Part shown: positions 7,280 through 16,474 of the stretch, in pieces | Position numbering within the stretch: the first letter of the stretch is position 1 | Layout of the letters: every line of letters begins with the position of its first letter | Sequence record: DRR378314_1044 | Reading direction: 5' to 3' (one strand) | DNA length: 20,000 nt | Notes under the pieces: model-generated | The model's database searches: none | What the model was told of the DNA's origin: nothing | The model's input: the letters and a program-made list of their open reading frames with translations, nothing else | Made by a program: the position numbers and the translations under genes

Positions 7280-9079
7280 TTAAAAGCTCAACACGTCGGA
7301 AGGAACAGGGTCAGAGTACAACCACTCAACCGTTTCCTTTCTCCGACGTATCGCCAGCGCCTGATTGATTGATCCCTTATCTGACACTTCTCCAGCTCCC
7401 ATGTCCGGCGGCTCGCTCAAGAAAGCAAATCGGCAAACACGTTCACTTGACCCCTTCGCCGACTTGTTGAACCGCTCAATCGCCTCAACGAGATCTTGCT
7501 GAGTGGCCGAAAGGCCTGCCGGCGTTGGCCAGGCAAGAATTCCGATCCGATCATATCCCTCACCGCACACCAATGCATCCGCAACGTATGGCGCGAGATC
7601 ACGAACCAGAGCGGCACGCAGAGATCCGCCCGTGACCCACGTTCCGGTACTCAATTTGAAATCCTCTGACAATCGGCCACCGAACAACAAACCTCGCGTA
7701 GGGTCGTTTGGTTCAGCAAACTCGGCAGCATCTCCGATGCTATAAAACCCCTCTTTGTCAAATGACCTCGCCGCCGCATCCGGTTGCCGCAAGTAGCCAG
7801 ACATCACGCAAGGGCCTTTCATCCGCAGCTCATAGCGATCACCCATCGGCACAAGTTTCAATGTCACGCCTGACAATGGCAGGCCTATACCGACTTGGTC
7901 CGTCTCGAAGTAAATGAACATACACCCGGACGTAGTCTCCGTTGCACCGTATCCTGATGAGATGAGAATACGATGACCCGTTGCTTCTACAGCGAGCGCC
8001 TGAAGCCGGTCATGGACGGGTTGGGGCAACCCCGCGCCCCCGAAGACCAAAACCTGCATCTTCGAAAAGAAGTGGTCGCGAAGGTCGGAATCGTTCTCCA
8101 ACTCTTCCACGAGCATCGCGTAGCCAACTGGCACGCTTGTAAACGTGGTGAGCTCCAGGTCGCGGATGTTCCGAAGCGTTGCCTCAAACCGCCCCGGCAT
8201 TGGGCGCCCTTCGTCAACATAATAGGATCCGCCGACAAGCGCCGAGGCGATTGACACATAAAGACCGGACACATGGCTCCAGGGCAACCATTCAAGAATG
8301 GTGCGGTCCCAGGTGCCCGTATCTTTCATTGCCCACCAACTCTGCGACACGCACACCATCATCATTTCATGAGTCTGAACCACGGCCTTTGGCATCCCAG
8401 TGGATCCGGACGTCAGCATGTACGCGGCATGCGTTTCAGGCGTGATTTTCTCAATCGCTTCATCAACTGCATGCGTGGCCTGTCCTGCGCACAATTCCGC
8501 GAAATCTACTGCGCCGTCCTCAATAGCTGCCGGATCGCAAGTAACAATCTGAGCGTTCGGCAGACACGCACGCGCGGCCGCGACATGTGGTGATCCCTCC
8601 GCAAACACAAACTCTGGCTGTACGATGTTTGCCGCATGCCTCATGCGTGCAAAATCAGTACTGGCGCCAAGCAGGGCATAGTTCTCGCTGACAGGCGCAA
8701 TTGGTATTCCCGCGAACAGCGCGGCAAATCTCATGGTTGCATGCGCCACTGAGTTTCCAGAAACAATCATGAGCGGCGTTTCCGCCGTCGCTCCGGAATC
8801 CAGCAACCATTGAGCGCAGGATCGGACGTTACCAACAAACTCTGCGTAAGTCTTGGTAGCCCACTCACCGGACGAATCGCGCTCAGCCATCGCAATTCGG
8901 TCTGACCATTTCTGTGCAGACGCCATCAACCCGACAGCCACATTCGGCGCAATCAGCTCCAATTCGTCTTTTGTCGACACGAGCATCGTTCCGTCGGCGC
9001 GGGTCTCGATGTCTAGATCGACCGCAGGAAACTTCACTTTTCTGAACGCCGGCTTAGCCGGTTTACTCTTGGTCAACAT
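7280..9079 (-). CDS. Feruloyl-CoA synthase-like acyl-CoA ligase
   Basis: 599 aa. LTSGSTGMPKA, WLPWSH, GYGATET, SIGD, GRLSEDFKLSTGTWV and GEVSDKGSINQ, signatures of the Fcs-like subfamily. GGAGG RBS. Confidence 0.88.
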   Translation of the reverse strand: MLTKSKPAKPAFRKVKFPAVDLDIETRADGTMLVSTKDELELIAPNVAVGLMASAQKWSDRIAMAERDSSGEWATKTYAEFVGNVRSCAQWLLDSGATAETPLMIVSGNSVAHATMRFAALFAGIPIAPVSENYALLGASTDFARMRHAANIVQPEFVFAEGSPHVAAARACLPNAQIVTCDPAAIEDGAVDFAELCAGQATHAVDEAIEKITPETHAAYMLTSGSTGMPKAVVQTHEMMMVCVSQSWWAMKDTGTWDRTILEWLPWSHVSGLYVSIASALVGGSYYVDEGRPMPGRFEATLRNIRDLELTTFTSVPVGYAMLVEELENDSDLRDHFFSKMQVLVFGGAGLPQPVHDRLQALAVEATGHRILISSGYGATETTSGCMFIYFETDQVGIGLPLSGVTLKLVPMGDRYELRMKGPCVMSGYLRQPDAAARSFDKEGFYSIGDAAEFAEPNDPTRGLLFGGRLSEDFKLSTGTWVTGGSLRAALVRDLAPYVADALVCGEGYDRIGILAWPTPAGLSATQQDLVEAIERFNKSAKGSSERVCRFAFLSEPPDMGAGEVSDKGSINQALAIRRRKETVEWLYSDPVPSDVLSF

Positions 9080-9105
9080 GGGTCCTCCGCTTGAATATCT
9101 ATACT

Positions 9106-9124
9106 GGGTATGTTTTTACAATTG
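9106..9124 (+). promoter_or_regulatory. Candidate regulator-binding site, copy 4 (GGGTATGTTTTTACAATTG)
   Basis: In the divergent fcs-like/SDR intergenic region. 11/19 match to copies 1 and 3. Confidence 0.35.
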
Positions 9125-9253
9125 ACTACAACAGGACGGTCTGATCCAATCAAAGTCAACAGGGAACAAGGCCGCTCTTCACCAGAAGTGTCAGGCACTC
9201 GTTAATGCAGAGCATCAAAAGGGCCGCATTGACGAGACAGGAAAGGAAACACA

Positions 9254-9994
9254 ATGAAAGTCGAAGGCTGCACGGCATTGGTCACCGGCGGAAACCGCGG
9301 CATCGGGCAAGGGTTCGTCGAAGAACTCATCGATGCGGGCGCAAGAAAGGTATATGTCGGTTCGCGAAATCCGGCCGATATTCCAGAGTCGTATGCCGAT
9401 TACGGCGACAAGGTCGAGATCATCCAACTGGACATAAGCGATCCAGAACACGTTGCGGCGGCCGCTGAGAGGGCTCAGGACGTGACATTACTTGTGAACA
9501 ATGCCGGTGTGTTTCACATGACCACACTCATGACCGCCCCGACCATGGATGACATGCGCTCCGAAATGGAAGTGAATTTCTTTGGTACGATGTCCATGTG
9601 CAGAGCATTCGCTCCAATCATTGAGAGCAATGGTGGTGGTGCGATTGTAAACGTTCTATCCGCGGGCGGCATTGTCGCAGTGCCGAATATGGGAGGATAC
9701 AGTCCGTCCAAGTTCGCCATGCGGGCTGCTTCGGACTGCATGCGCGCAGAACTTCGCTCAAAAAACATCCACGTAGCCGCTTTGATTGTTGGCTCCGTAA
9801 AAACGCGCATGGCAGCTCATATCAAGAATATGAAACAGGCCCTGCCGCGAGATATTGGCAAGGCTGGGATTATAGCCGTCGAGAACAACATCAACGAGCA
9901 TGACACCGATCCACACGCGGTATCTGTACGCGCATTTCTTGCCCGCGACCCTCACGGACTCGCGGAGTCCATGGCGCAGCGCGTAGCTCAATAA
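9254..9994 (+). CDS. Short-chain dehydrogenase/reductase
   Basis: TGGNRGIG, VNNAG, NVLS, YSPSK. AGGA RBS. Confidence 0.92.
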   Translation: MKVEGCTALVTGGNRGIGQGFVEELIDAGARKVYVGSRNPADIPESYADYGDKVEIIQLDISDPEHVAAAAERAQDVTLLVNNAGVFHMTTLMTAPTMDDMRSEMEVNFFGTMSMCRAFAPIIESNGGGAIVNVLSAGGIVAVPNMGGYSPSKFAMRAASDCMRAELRSKNIHVAALIVGSVKTRMAAHIKNMKQALPRDIGKAGIIAVENNINEHDTDPHAVSVRAFLARDPHGLAESMAQRVAQ

Positions 9995-10015
9995 GCCCAA
10001 TAGCGGACATCAACG

Positions 10016-11485
10016 ATGACTATTCTTTACAAAAACAATATTGAATTCAAAATTTCACCGAACGAGCATCCTTACCTCAACGGCGCATGGTCCCCCTGCC
10101 GCGAGGAAGTGGATGCGGTGGACATGGAAGTCATCGGAGAAATTCCAAAAGATATTTCCGGGATCTATGTCCGCAACACGGAGAACCCTGTCCGTGATGC
10201 CATCGGCATTTACCATCCGTTTGACGGCGATGGCATGATCCATGCCATGTCTTTCCATAATGGACAGGCCAAGTACTCGAACAGGCTCGTGCAGACCAAA
10301 GGTCTAAAGGCTGAACAGGAAGCAGGCCACGCCCTATGGACAGGAATCGCGGGCAATCCTGCGAAATCCGAACGCGAAGGATGGGGCGCTCGGGGGCGAA
10401 TGAAAGACTCATCATCCACAGATGTTGTGGTTCATGGTGGGAACATATTGTCGACATTCTATATGTGCGGCGATGGCTACATTCTGGATCCGGAATCGCT
10501 AGAAACGACAGGCACCGCCGACTGGGTTCCCGAGGGAGGAATTTCAGCGCACCCAAAAGTCGACCTTGCAACTGGAGACCTGCTCTTTTTCAACTACGGA
10601 AAAGAGGCGCCTTACATGCATTACGGCGTGGTCGGAGCAGACCAGAAGCTGAAGCACTATATTCCCATCGAGTTGCCCGGCGCGCGCCTTCCGCACGACA
10701 TGGCCTTCACCAAGAACTATTCGATCCTGGTGGATCTGCCGCTGTTCTGGAACCCCGACCTGCTAAAGAAAGGCATTCACGCCAATCAGTATTATCCTGA
10801 ATTACCGACCCGATTTGCGATTGTACCTCGGTTTGGAAATCCCAGCGAGATTCGGTGGTTCGAAGCCGCTCCCACTTATGTGCTTCACTGGATGAATGCG
10901 TGGGAAGAGGGAAATGAGATTGTGCTGGACGGATACTTCCAGGATGATCCAGACCCCGCCCCTCTGGACGTTCCGGGTCTGGACAAGAAATTCGGTAAAT
11001 TGCTCGCAAACATAGACGAGCACTCTTTCAAACCGAAACTTCACCGTTGGCGATTTAATCTCGATACGGGCAAGACGACTGAAGAACGTCTCGATGATCG
11101 CATTCTGGAGTTCGGCTCGTTCAACCAGAACTATGCGGGCATCAAATCGCGCTATCTCTATTCCACCACGACAAAGCCAGGCTGGTTCCTTTTCAATGGA
11201 TTGGTGAAGCATGACATGGAAACGGGAGATTCCGACGCCTACATGCTGGAAGACGGACGCTATGCAAGCGAGTCTCCGTTTGTACCGCGCATCAACGCAA
11301 AGTCTGAAGATGACGGCTATCTGATCTCGTTCATCATCGATACGGTCAATGACAGGTCGGAGTGCATTCTTGTGGATGCGCAGAACGTATCAGCAGGACC
11401 CGTCTGTCGCATTATACTACCGCACCGCATCTCAAGCGGCACGCATGCCACGTGGGCAAATCGCGACGAACTCGTTACAGTATAA
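10016..11485 (+). CDS. Carotenoid oxygenase / lignostilbene dioxygenase family (RPE65-like) non-heme iron dioxygenase
   Basis: HPFDGDGM, four iron-binding His (SAHPK, LPHDM, VLHWM, GTHATW), SESPFVPR, EDDGYL. Confidence 0.93.
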   Translation: MTILYKNNIEFKISPNEHPYLNGAWSPCREEVDAVDMEVIGEIPKDISGIYVRNTENPVRDAIGIYHPFDGDGMIHAMSFHNGQAKYSNRLVQTKGLKAEQEAGHALWTGIAGNPAKSEREGWGARGRMKDSSSTDVVVHGGNILSTFYMCGDGYILDPESLETTGTADWVPEGGISAHPKVDLATGDLLFFNYGKEAPYMHYGVVGADQKLKHYIPIELPGARLPHDMAFTKNYSILVDLPLFWNPDLLKKGIHANQYYPELPTRFAIVPRFGNPSEIRWFEAAPTYVLHWMNAWEEGNEIVLDGYFQDDPDPAPLDVPGLDKKFGKLLANIDEHSFKPKLHRWRFNLDTGKTTEERLDDRILEFGSFNQNYAGIKSRYLYSTTTKPGWFLFNGLVKHDMETGDSDAYMLEDGRYASESPFVPRINAKSEDDGYLISFIIDTVNDRSECILVDAQNVSAGPVCRIILPHRISSGTHATWANRDELVTV

Positions 11486-11544
11486 AACGTAATTATAAGG
11501 GACAGGTCAGCCTAGCACTGACACGACACCAAAGGAAACGCACC

Positions 11545-12780
11545 ATGACGGCACCAGTCTACATTCTCGGCGGCACTCAAAGCGACTTCTCGCTAAATTG
11601 GACCCGCGACAACAAGAGCCTGTTCGATCTGCTTTCTGATACAGTTCTGAAAGCTCTCGAGAAAACAGGACTGGACCCTAAAGACGTGGATGTTGGACAT
11701 GTCGGGAACTTCGTAGCCGAACTGTTTACCGGCCAAGGCATGCTGGGCGGGTATTTTGGCCACGTACATCCCGATTTCTCGGGCATGCCTGCCTCACGTC
11801 ATGAAGGGGCTTGCGCATCGGGATCGCTCGCAATTCTCGCGGCCATGTCAGACATTCAAAGCGGCCGCTACGATCTCGCTTGTGTTGCCGGTATTGAGAT
11901 GATGCGAAACGTTCATGGTGATCAAGCTGCGAAGAATTTGGGCGCGGCTGCCTGGGTCGGCCGTGAGGCACAAGGCCGAAAATATGTGTGGCCAGCTATG
12001 TTCTCTGACCTTTGCGACGAATATGAGCGTCGCTACGGGCTGAACTATGACCACTTGATGGGCATTTCGAAAATCAATTTCGAGAACGGCCGTCGCAATC
12101 CAAACTCGCAAGCACGGAATTGGAAATTCACGGACAAAAGCTTCACAGCTGACGATGAGGCCAATCCAGTTATTGACGGCTGGATGCGCCGACAGGACTG
12201 CGGTCAGGTCACAGACGGCGCCGCAGTCATTTTCCTCGCTTCGGAAGAACGCGCTCAACAGTACGCAAAAGAACGCGATATTGATATTGAGGAGCTTGCC
12301 GTAATACGAGGATGGGGTCATACGACCGCGCCGCTCATGATGGAAACGAAACTCGAAGAAAGCCGCGATCAGGACTACGTTCTACCTTGGACACGAAAAG
12401 CAATTACCGACGCTTACGCACGAGCTGGCATTTCCGGGGTTGAAGAAGTCGATGCAATTGAAACGCATGATTGCTTCTCGATCACTGAGTACATGGCTAT
12501 CGAACATTTTGGAATTACAGCGCCCGGCGAAGCTTGGAAAGCTATTGAAGATGGCCGAATTGCCATGGACGGGTCGATCCCCGTCAATCCATCCGGCGGC
12601 CTCATCGGGCTCGGCCACCCCGTGGGAGCGACGGGTGTACGGATGATGCTGGATTCATACCGCCAGGTAACAGATCAAGCGGGCGACAATCAGGTTGAGG
12701 GAGCACGGACAATGGCAACCTTCAACGTTGGTGGTTCAGGAACCACGAACTGCTCCTTTGTCATCGGCACCGCCGAATAA
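11545..12780 (+). CDS. SCP-x/SCP2-type thiolase (acetyl-CoA acetyltransferase family)
   Basis: EGACASG, DCGQVTDGAA, ETHDCF, NPSGGLIGLGHPVGATG, FNVGGS. Start ATG 11545 (MTAPVY) after AAGGA, giving 411 aa. Confidence 0.9.
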   Translation: MTAPVYILGGTQSDFSLNWTRDNKSLFDLLSDTVLKALEKTGLDPKDVDVGHVGNFVAELFTGQGMLGGYFGHVHPDFSGMPASRHEGACASGSLAILAAMSDIQSGRYDLACVAGIEMMRNVHGDQAAKNLGAAAWVGREAQGRKYVWPAMFSDLCDEYERRYGLNYDHLMGISKINFENGRRNPNSQARNWKFTDKSFTADDEANPVIDGWMRRQDCGQVTDGAAVIFLASEERAQQYAKERDIDIEELAVIRGWGHTTAPLMMETKLEESRDQDYVLPWTRKAITDAYARAGISGVEEVDAIETHDCFSITEYMAIEHFGITAPGEAWKAIEDGRIAMDGSIPVNPSGGLIGLGHPVGATGVRMMLDSYRQVTDQAGDNQVEGARTMATFNVGGSGTTNCSFVIGTAE

Positions 12781-12819
12781 CTCCGCCCAACGTTCGGCAG
12801 CACAAAAGAGGTGAAAGCG

Positions 12820-13755
12820 ATGGTGCGAACTGCATCGGAGACCCTTGCGGGCATAGCCAGCAAGCTGACTATCCCCGCGATTTCGGCACCCATGTTTCTG
12901 GTGTCCGGTCCTGACCTAGTCAAGGAAACCTGCAACAATGGCGTTATCGGGGCGTTTCCGTTTCCCAATGCGCGCACGATCGCAACACTTGACGAGTGGC
13001 TGGATAATCTTGGACGCACACTGGGAGAGGAAGCGGCGCCATATGCCGTCAACCTGACAACCCACCGGTCATATGATCGTCTCGCCGACGAAATTGACCT
13101 GATCCGAAACCATAAACCCAAGATCGTCATCACCGCCTTGGGGGGACCAGACCCTGTTTTGGATGTGGTCCATGAATATGGCGGACTTGTCATCGCCGAC
13201 GTCAACAGCCTCGACCATGCCCGCAAAGCCGCCGAGAAAGGCGTGGATGGCATGGCATTGGTTTCCGCGGGTGCTGGCGGGCACACCGGTGCAATGGCCG
13301 GATTTGCCTTTGTGCCAGCCGTCCGTGAGTTCTTCGACGGTATCGTCATACTGGCCGGTTCAATCGGGACCGGGCGCGCAATCCGAGCAGCAGAAGTTCT
13401 GGGGGCCGACCTTTGCTACATTGGCACGAGCTTCATTGCGGCCGAGGAAAGTCTAGCTACACCAGAATACCGGGAAATGCTGGTCGCTGCGACCTACAAT
13501 GATCTCGTTTTGAGCAATTCACTAACCGGCGCTTATGCGAACTATTTAAAGCAAAGCCTGGATAAGATGGGCGTGAACTACGGTGGTCCCGCCAAAGCGG
13601 CTTCAATGGATTTGTCGAACTCAGACAGCAAGATCAAGGCTTGGCGCGATGTTTGGTCAGCGGGCCATGGTGTGGGCAGCGTCCGTCAAATTGAACCTGC
13701 TGCAAAGATCATTGCCCGATTGAAATCAGAATACGAAGCGGCCCGTTCTGTCTGA
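12820..13755 (+). CDS. Nitronate monooxygenase / FabK-like FMN-dependent oxidoreductase
   Basis: ISAPMFLVS, GAGGHTG, ILAGSI, GADLCYIGTSFIA, WSAGHGVG. ATG 12820 follows GAGGTG (alternative GTG start at 12811). Confidence 0.88.
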   Translation: MVRTASETLAGIASKLTIPAISAPMFLVSGPDLVKETCNNGVIGAFPFPNARTIATLDEWLDNLGRTLGEEAAPYAVNLTTHRSYDRLADEIDLIRNHKPKIVITALGGPDPVLDVVHEYGGLVIADVNSLDHARKAAEKGVDGMALVSAGAGGHTGAMAGFAFVPAVREFFDGIVILAGSIGTGRAIRAAEVLGADLCYIGTSFIAAEESLATPEYREMLVAATYNDLVLSNSLTGAYANYLKQSLDKMGVNYGGPAKAASMDLSNSDSKIKAWRDVWSAGHGVGSVRQIEPAAKIIARLKSEYEAARSV

Positions 13756-15054
13756 TCAGGCAGATGCTTCGAAAACCGGCCATCGCTCAACAATTTTACC
13801 ATTCGAATAGACCGCGATATCTCCAAACTGCAAAAATACCGCCTCGCTCTGATGAGGCCTGAGAAACACAAATTCGTCCGGTGAAATTTCCAAATCTGAT
13901 CCACCATTCAACATTTCCTGATTAGAGGATCGGCCGAAAGTCGAATTATATTCCAGTCCCGGCGGGTCGACCGGATCAGCCAACCAGTGGCCGCCATAAA
14001 TAAACACTGTTTTGGCACTGTTCGGGTTCCACGAACGCTGGATACCTTCAGCAAACTCCAGACCCGGCAGCACAGTCTGATCGAGTGATTTCACAACGGG
14101 TGTCGCAATGAAACTTGCAGGCAAATGCGGCTCAAGCAAATCCGTGTCAAAGTGCGTTGGCTTCACCAAACACGATCCTGCAGACACTTCATTCGCCAGA
14201 GACGTGTCCTGATAATAGCGGTAGGTAGGGCTGCCAGCCGCGTTTCGAGTAATCGCCGGAAACTCGTCACCCGAAAATACTTCAGCCGCCAAGCTGAGGC
14301 AGTTGCTATATGTCTCCCATGCGGCTCGCTTAGCACGATCTCGCCAGCCCAAAGTGGTGGGCAAAGACGGCAGATGCGGTTCGTAGCCCATGAATCCTGA
14401 GAAACTCAAACTCGGATCGGCCTTTAGTACCTCCAAAGTTCGGCGTAATTCCTCGCCTGGCGTAAAGCCGCCTCTGTGCAACCCGACATCTATTTCAAGA
14501 TTGATCCGAAAGGTACGATCTAATCCGCTTGCAAGCTCGCGATACTGCTCCAGACGAACTGGAGTATCTATAAGCCATTGCACCTGATCAGCTGCAGCCC
14601 CATTCTCCGGCGGGAGTTCGGAGAAATATGTCCTAACCGCCGCTATGGGAAGCGGCTTACCAAGCAGCTGATCCGCATCCGGCATATGTGCACTCAAAGC
14701 GTTCAGCATTGGCTGATTAAATGTCATCAGCCGGTCAGTCCCAGTTCGATTGCGAATGTGCGATAACAGATCAAGGGATGGCAGTGACTTTGCGACTATT
14801 CGGTATCCCATCCCATTGGGGAGATGGGTCAGCAACGTATCGATATTCGCATCAAGCCGCTCCAGATCTATGACCAGTGTGGGCGTGCCAATGCCTTCCC
14901 TTGCCAAAGCATCCTGCATATCGAGGAAGTATTTTTCTCGGGGCCCACTCTTGTCCCTTGGTCGCTGTGTCATACCTGCCACCCCTACTACACCCACACC
15001 TGCAATTATCAGCTGACGTCTGCTGACAGAGAAACGTCTTTCACCTTCAGGCAT
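13756..15054 (-). CDS. DSD1/D-threonine aldolase-like fold-III PLP enzyme with Tat signal (SphD-like)
   Basis: TPTLVIDLERLDANI, PLP Lys in YRIVAKSLPS, EIDVGLHRGG, GFMGYEPH, AGSPTY, NEVSAGS. N-terminal SRRQLII plus hydrophobic stretch. ATG 15054 overlaps the upstream stop (ATGCCTGA). Confidence 0.85.
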   Translation of the reverse strand: MPEGERRFSVSRRQLIIAGVGVVGVAGMTQRPRDKSGPREKYFLDMQDALAREGIGTPTLVIDLERLDANIDTLLTHLPNGMGYRIVAKSLPSLDLLSHIRNRTGTDRLMTFNQPMLNALSAHMPDADQLLGKPLPIAAVRTYFSELPPENGAAADQVQWLIDTPVRLEQYRELASGLDRTFRINLEIDVGLHRGGFTPGEELRRTLEVLKADPSLSFSGFMGYEPHLPSLPTTLGWRDRAKRAAWETYSNCLSLAAEVFSGDEFPAITRNAAGSPTYRYYQDTSLANEVSAGSCLVKPTHFDTDLLEPHLPASFIATPVVKSLDQTVLPGLEFAEGIQRSWNPNSAKTVFIYGGHWLADPVDPPGLEYNSTFGRSSNQEMLNGGSDLEISPDEFVFLRPHQSEAVFLQFGDIAVYSNGKIVERWPVFEASA

Positions 15055-16474
15055 CAAACTGTTCCCCAAAGATTTTCGCGAGATGCGGGTTCAAGAACTT
15101 TCCATTGGGATCGAGCTCTCTTCTCAAGGCTCTGAACTGTTCAAAGTCCGGATACAGGCTCGCAAAATCTTCATGTCCCAGGGAATGATGCTTGCCCCAA
15201 TGCGGCCGCCCGCCACGGGCCAGATACAAGGGTTGAAAGTCTTTGAAAAAATAACCGTAGCGTTCGTCCGCAGCAGCATGAATGGCAATCGACGCCCGGG
15301 GACCTCCTTGAAAAGGGCTGAGCCATGCGCTGTCGGAGGCGATGTGACGATACTCAACCGGCCAATAAGCCTCGCCTTTTCGATCCAGCATTCGAACGAC
15401 GTCCTTTACAGTACGGGGGCCTTCCTGACGCGGAAGATGGAACTCCATTTCGTTGAACCGGATCGGCCGAGTGGTCGCCAACAATTCGTGTGACCATCCA
15501 ACATAATCCTCAATGAGTCCTGTGGGCAGGTTTGCTTGGGCAATCCGCTTCCTGAGCCAAGGCGCCCACCCCAGTTGGTCCCTCAATTGTTTCAACGCGT
15601 CCATCGTCTCGTCATCATCGCTCTCCGCAGCTTCGGTCACCGGCTTGTCGGTTTCGTCGTGCGTGATCGACAGCGCCAAACCGGTACCAGGCAAATAGAA
15701 GAACTCGAAATTCCGATGGCGTGCTGCGCGTTCCTCAATAGTGTCGAGCAAATCATCAATTTTTTCGACAATTGCCTGGCGACGCAACTTGAAAGCCGGG
15801 ACAGTTCGCAGCTTGTACTCGGTGATCACGCCGAGTGCGCCGAGGGACACCTTCCCCGCCTCAAAAAGCTCAGGGTTCGTTTCTCTTGAAACATTCAGAA
15901 CGTCGCCATTCGGCGACACAATGCGAAATGCGGTGATGTTGTCATGGAGCGCCGGCAAGTTTTCGCCGGTTCCGTGCGTCGCCGTTGAAAATGCGCCTGC
16001 AAGCGTCTGCACATCCACATCTGGCAGATTGTCGAAAGCCCGGCCTCTCTCGGCCAAAGCTTGGCAAGCCTCAAAGATAAGCGTGCCAGAGCCGAACGTC
16101 GCCTCCCCTGTCTGATCGTCGAATGCCTTGAGGCCACTCAGATAATTGGTCTGCAGGATGTAGCCATCCGTTGGGGCCAAAGCCGTGAAAGAATGCCCGC
16201 TGCCTGCAGGTCTGACGCGGTGCGGGCTGTCGCGGACAAACGCGGCAAGCTCGTTTTCGTTTACAGGCAACACCAGTTCGCGCGGTGTCGCTTTTTGTGC
16301 GCCCGACCAATTCATCCAGCCAACGCGCCCATCCGGCGCGACAGGTAGCGACGGATCATACCCCTCTTGTGCGAAGTTCTTCCCATTCCAATGCAGCTTT
16401 TGCGCTGCCGGTACGCCAACAGCTGCCGCTGCCACGCCGCCGCCGACCAGCAGGGATCTTCTTGATAATCTCAT
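15047..16474 (-). CDS. FAD-linked oxidase, D-arabinono-1,4-lactone oxidase (ALO) family, with Tat signal (SphC-like)
   Basis: WMNWSG, GSGHSF (covalent-FAD His position), QTLAGAFSTATHGTG, SLGALGVI, C-terminal GGRPHWGK...DPNGKFLN. N-terminal SRRSLL. GGAGG RBS. Confidence 0.9.
   Translation of the reverse strand: MRLSRRSLLVGGGVAAAAVGVPAAQKLHWNGKNFAQEGYDPSLPVAPDGRVGWMNWSGAQKATPRELVLPVNENELAAFVRDSPHRVRPAGSGHSFTALAPTDGYILQTNYLSGLKAFDDQTGEATFGSGTLIFEACQALAERGRAFDNLPDVDVQTLAGAFSTATHGTGENLPALHDNITAFRIVSPNGDVLNVSRETNPELFEAGKVSLGALGVITEYKLRTVPAFKLRRQAIVEKIDDLLDTIEERAARHRNFEFFYLPGTGLALSITHDETDKPVTEAAESDDDETMDALKQLRDQLGWAPWLRKRIAQANLPTGLIEDYVGWSHELLATTRPIRFNEMEFHLPRQEGPRTVKDVVRMLDRKGEAYWPVEYRHIASDSAWLSPFQGGPRASIAIHAAADERYGYFFKDFQPLYLARGGRPHWGKHHSLGHEDFASLYPDFEQFRALRRELDPNGKFLNPHLAKIFGEQFDA

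Noticed and set aside
11362-11544. 61-aa N-terminal extension of the SCP-x-type thiolase
   Set aside because: It overlaps the dioxygenase gene. Family similarity and the RBS point to ATG 11545.
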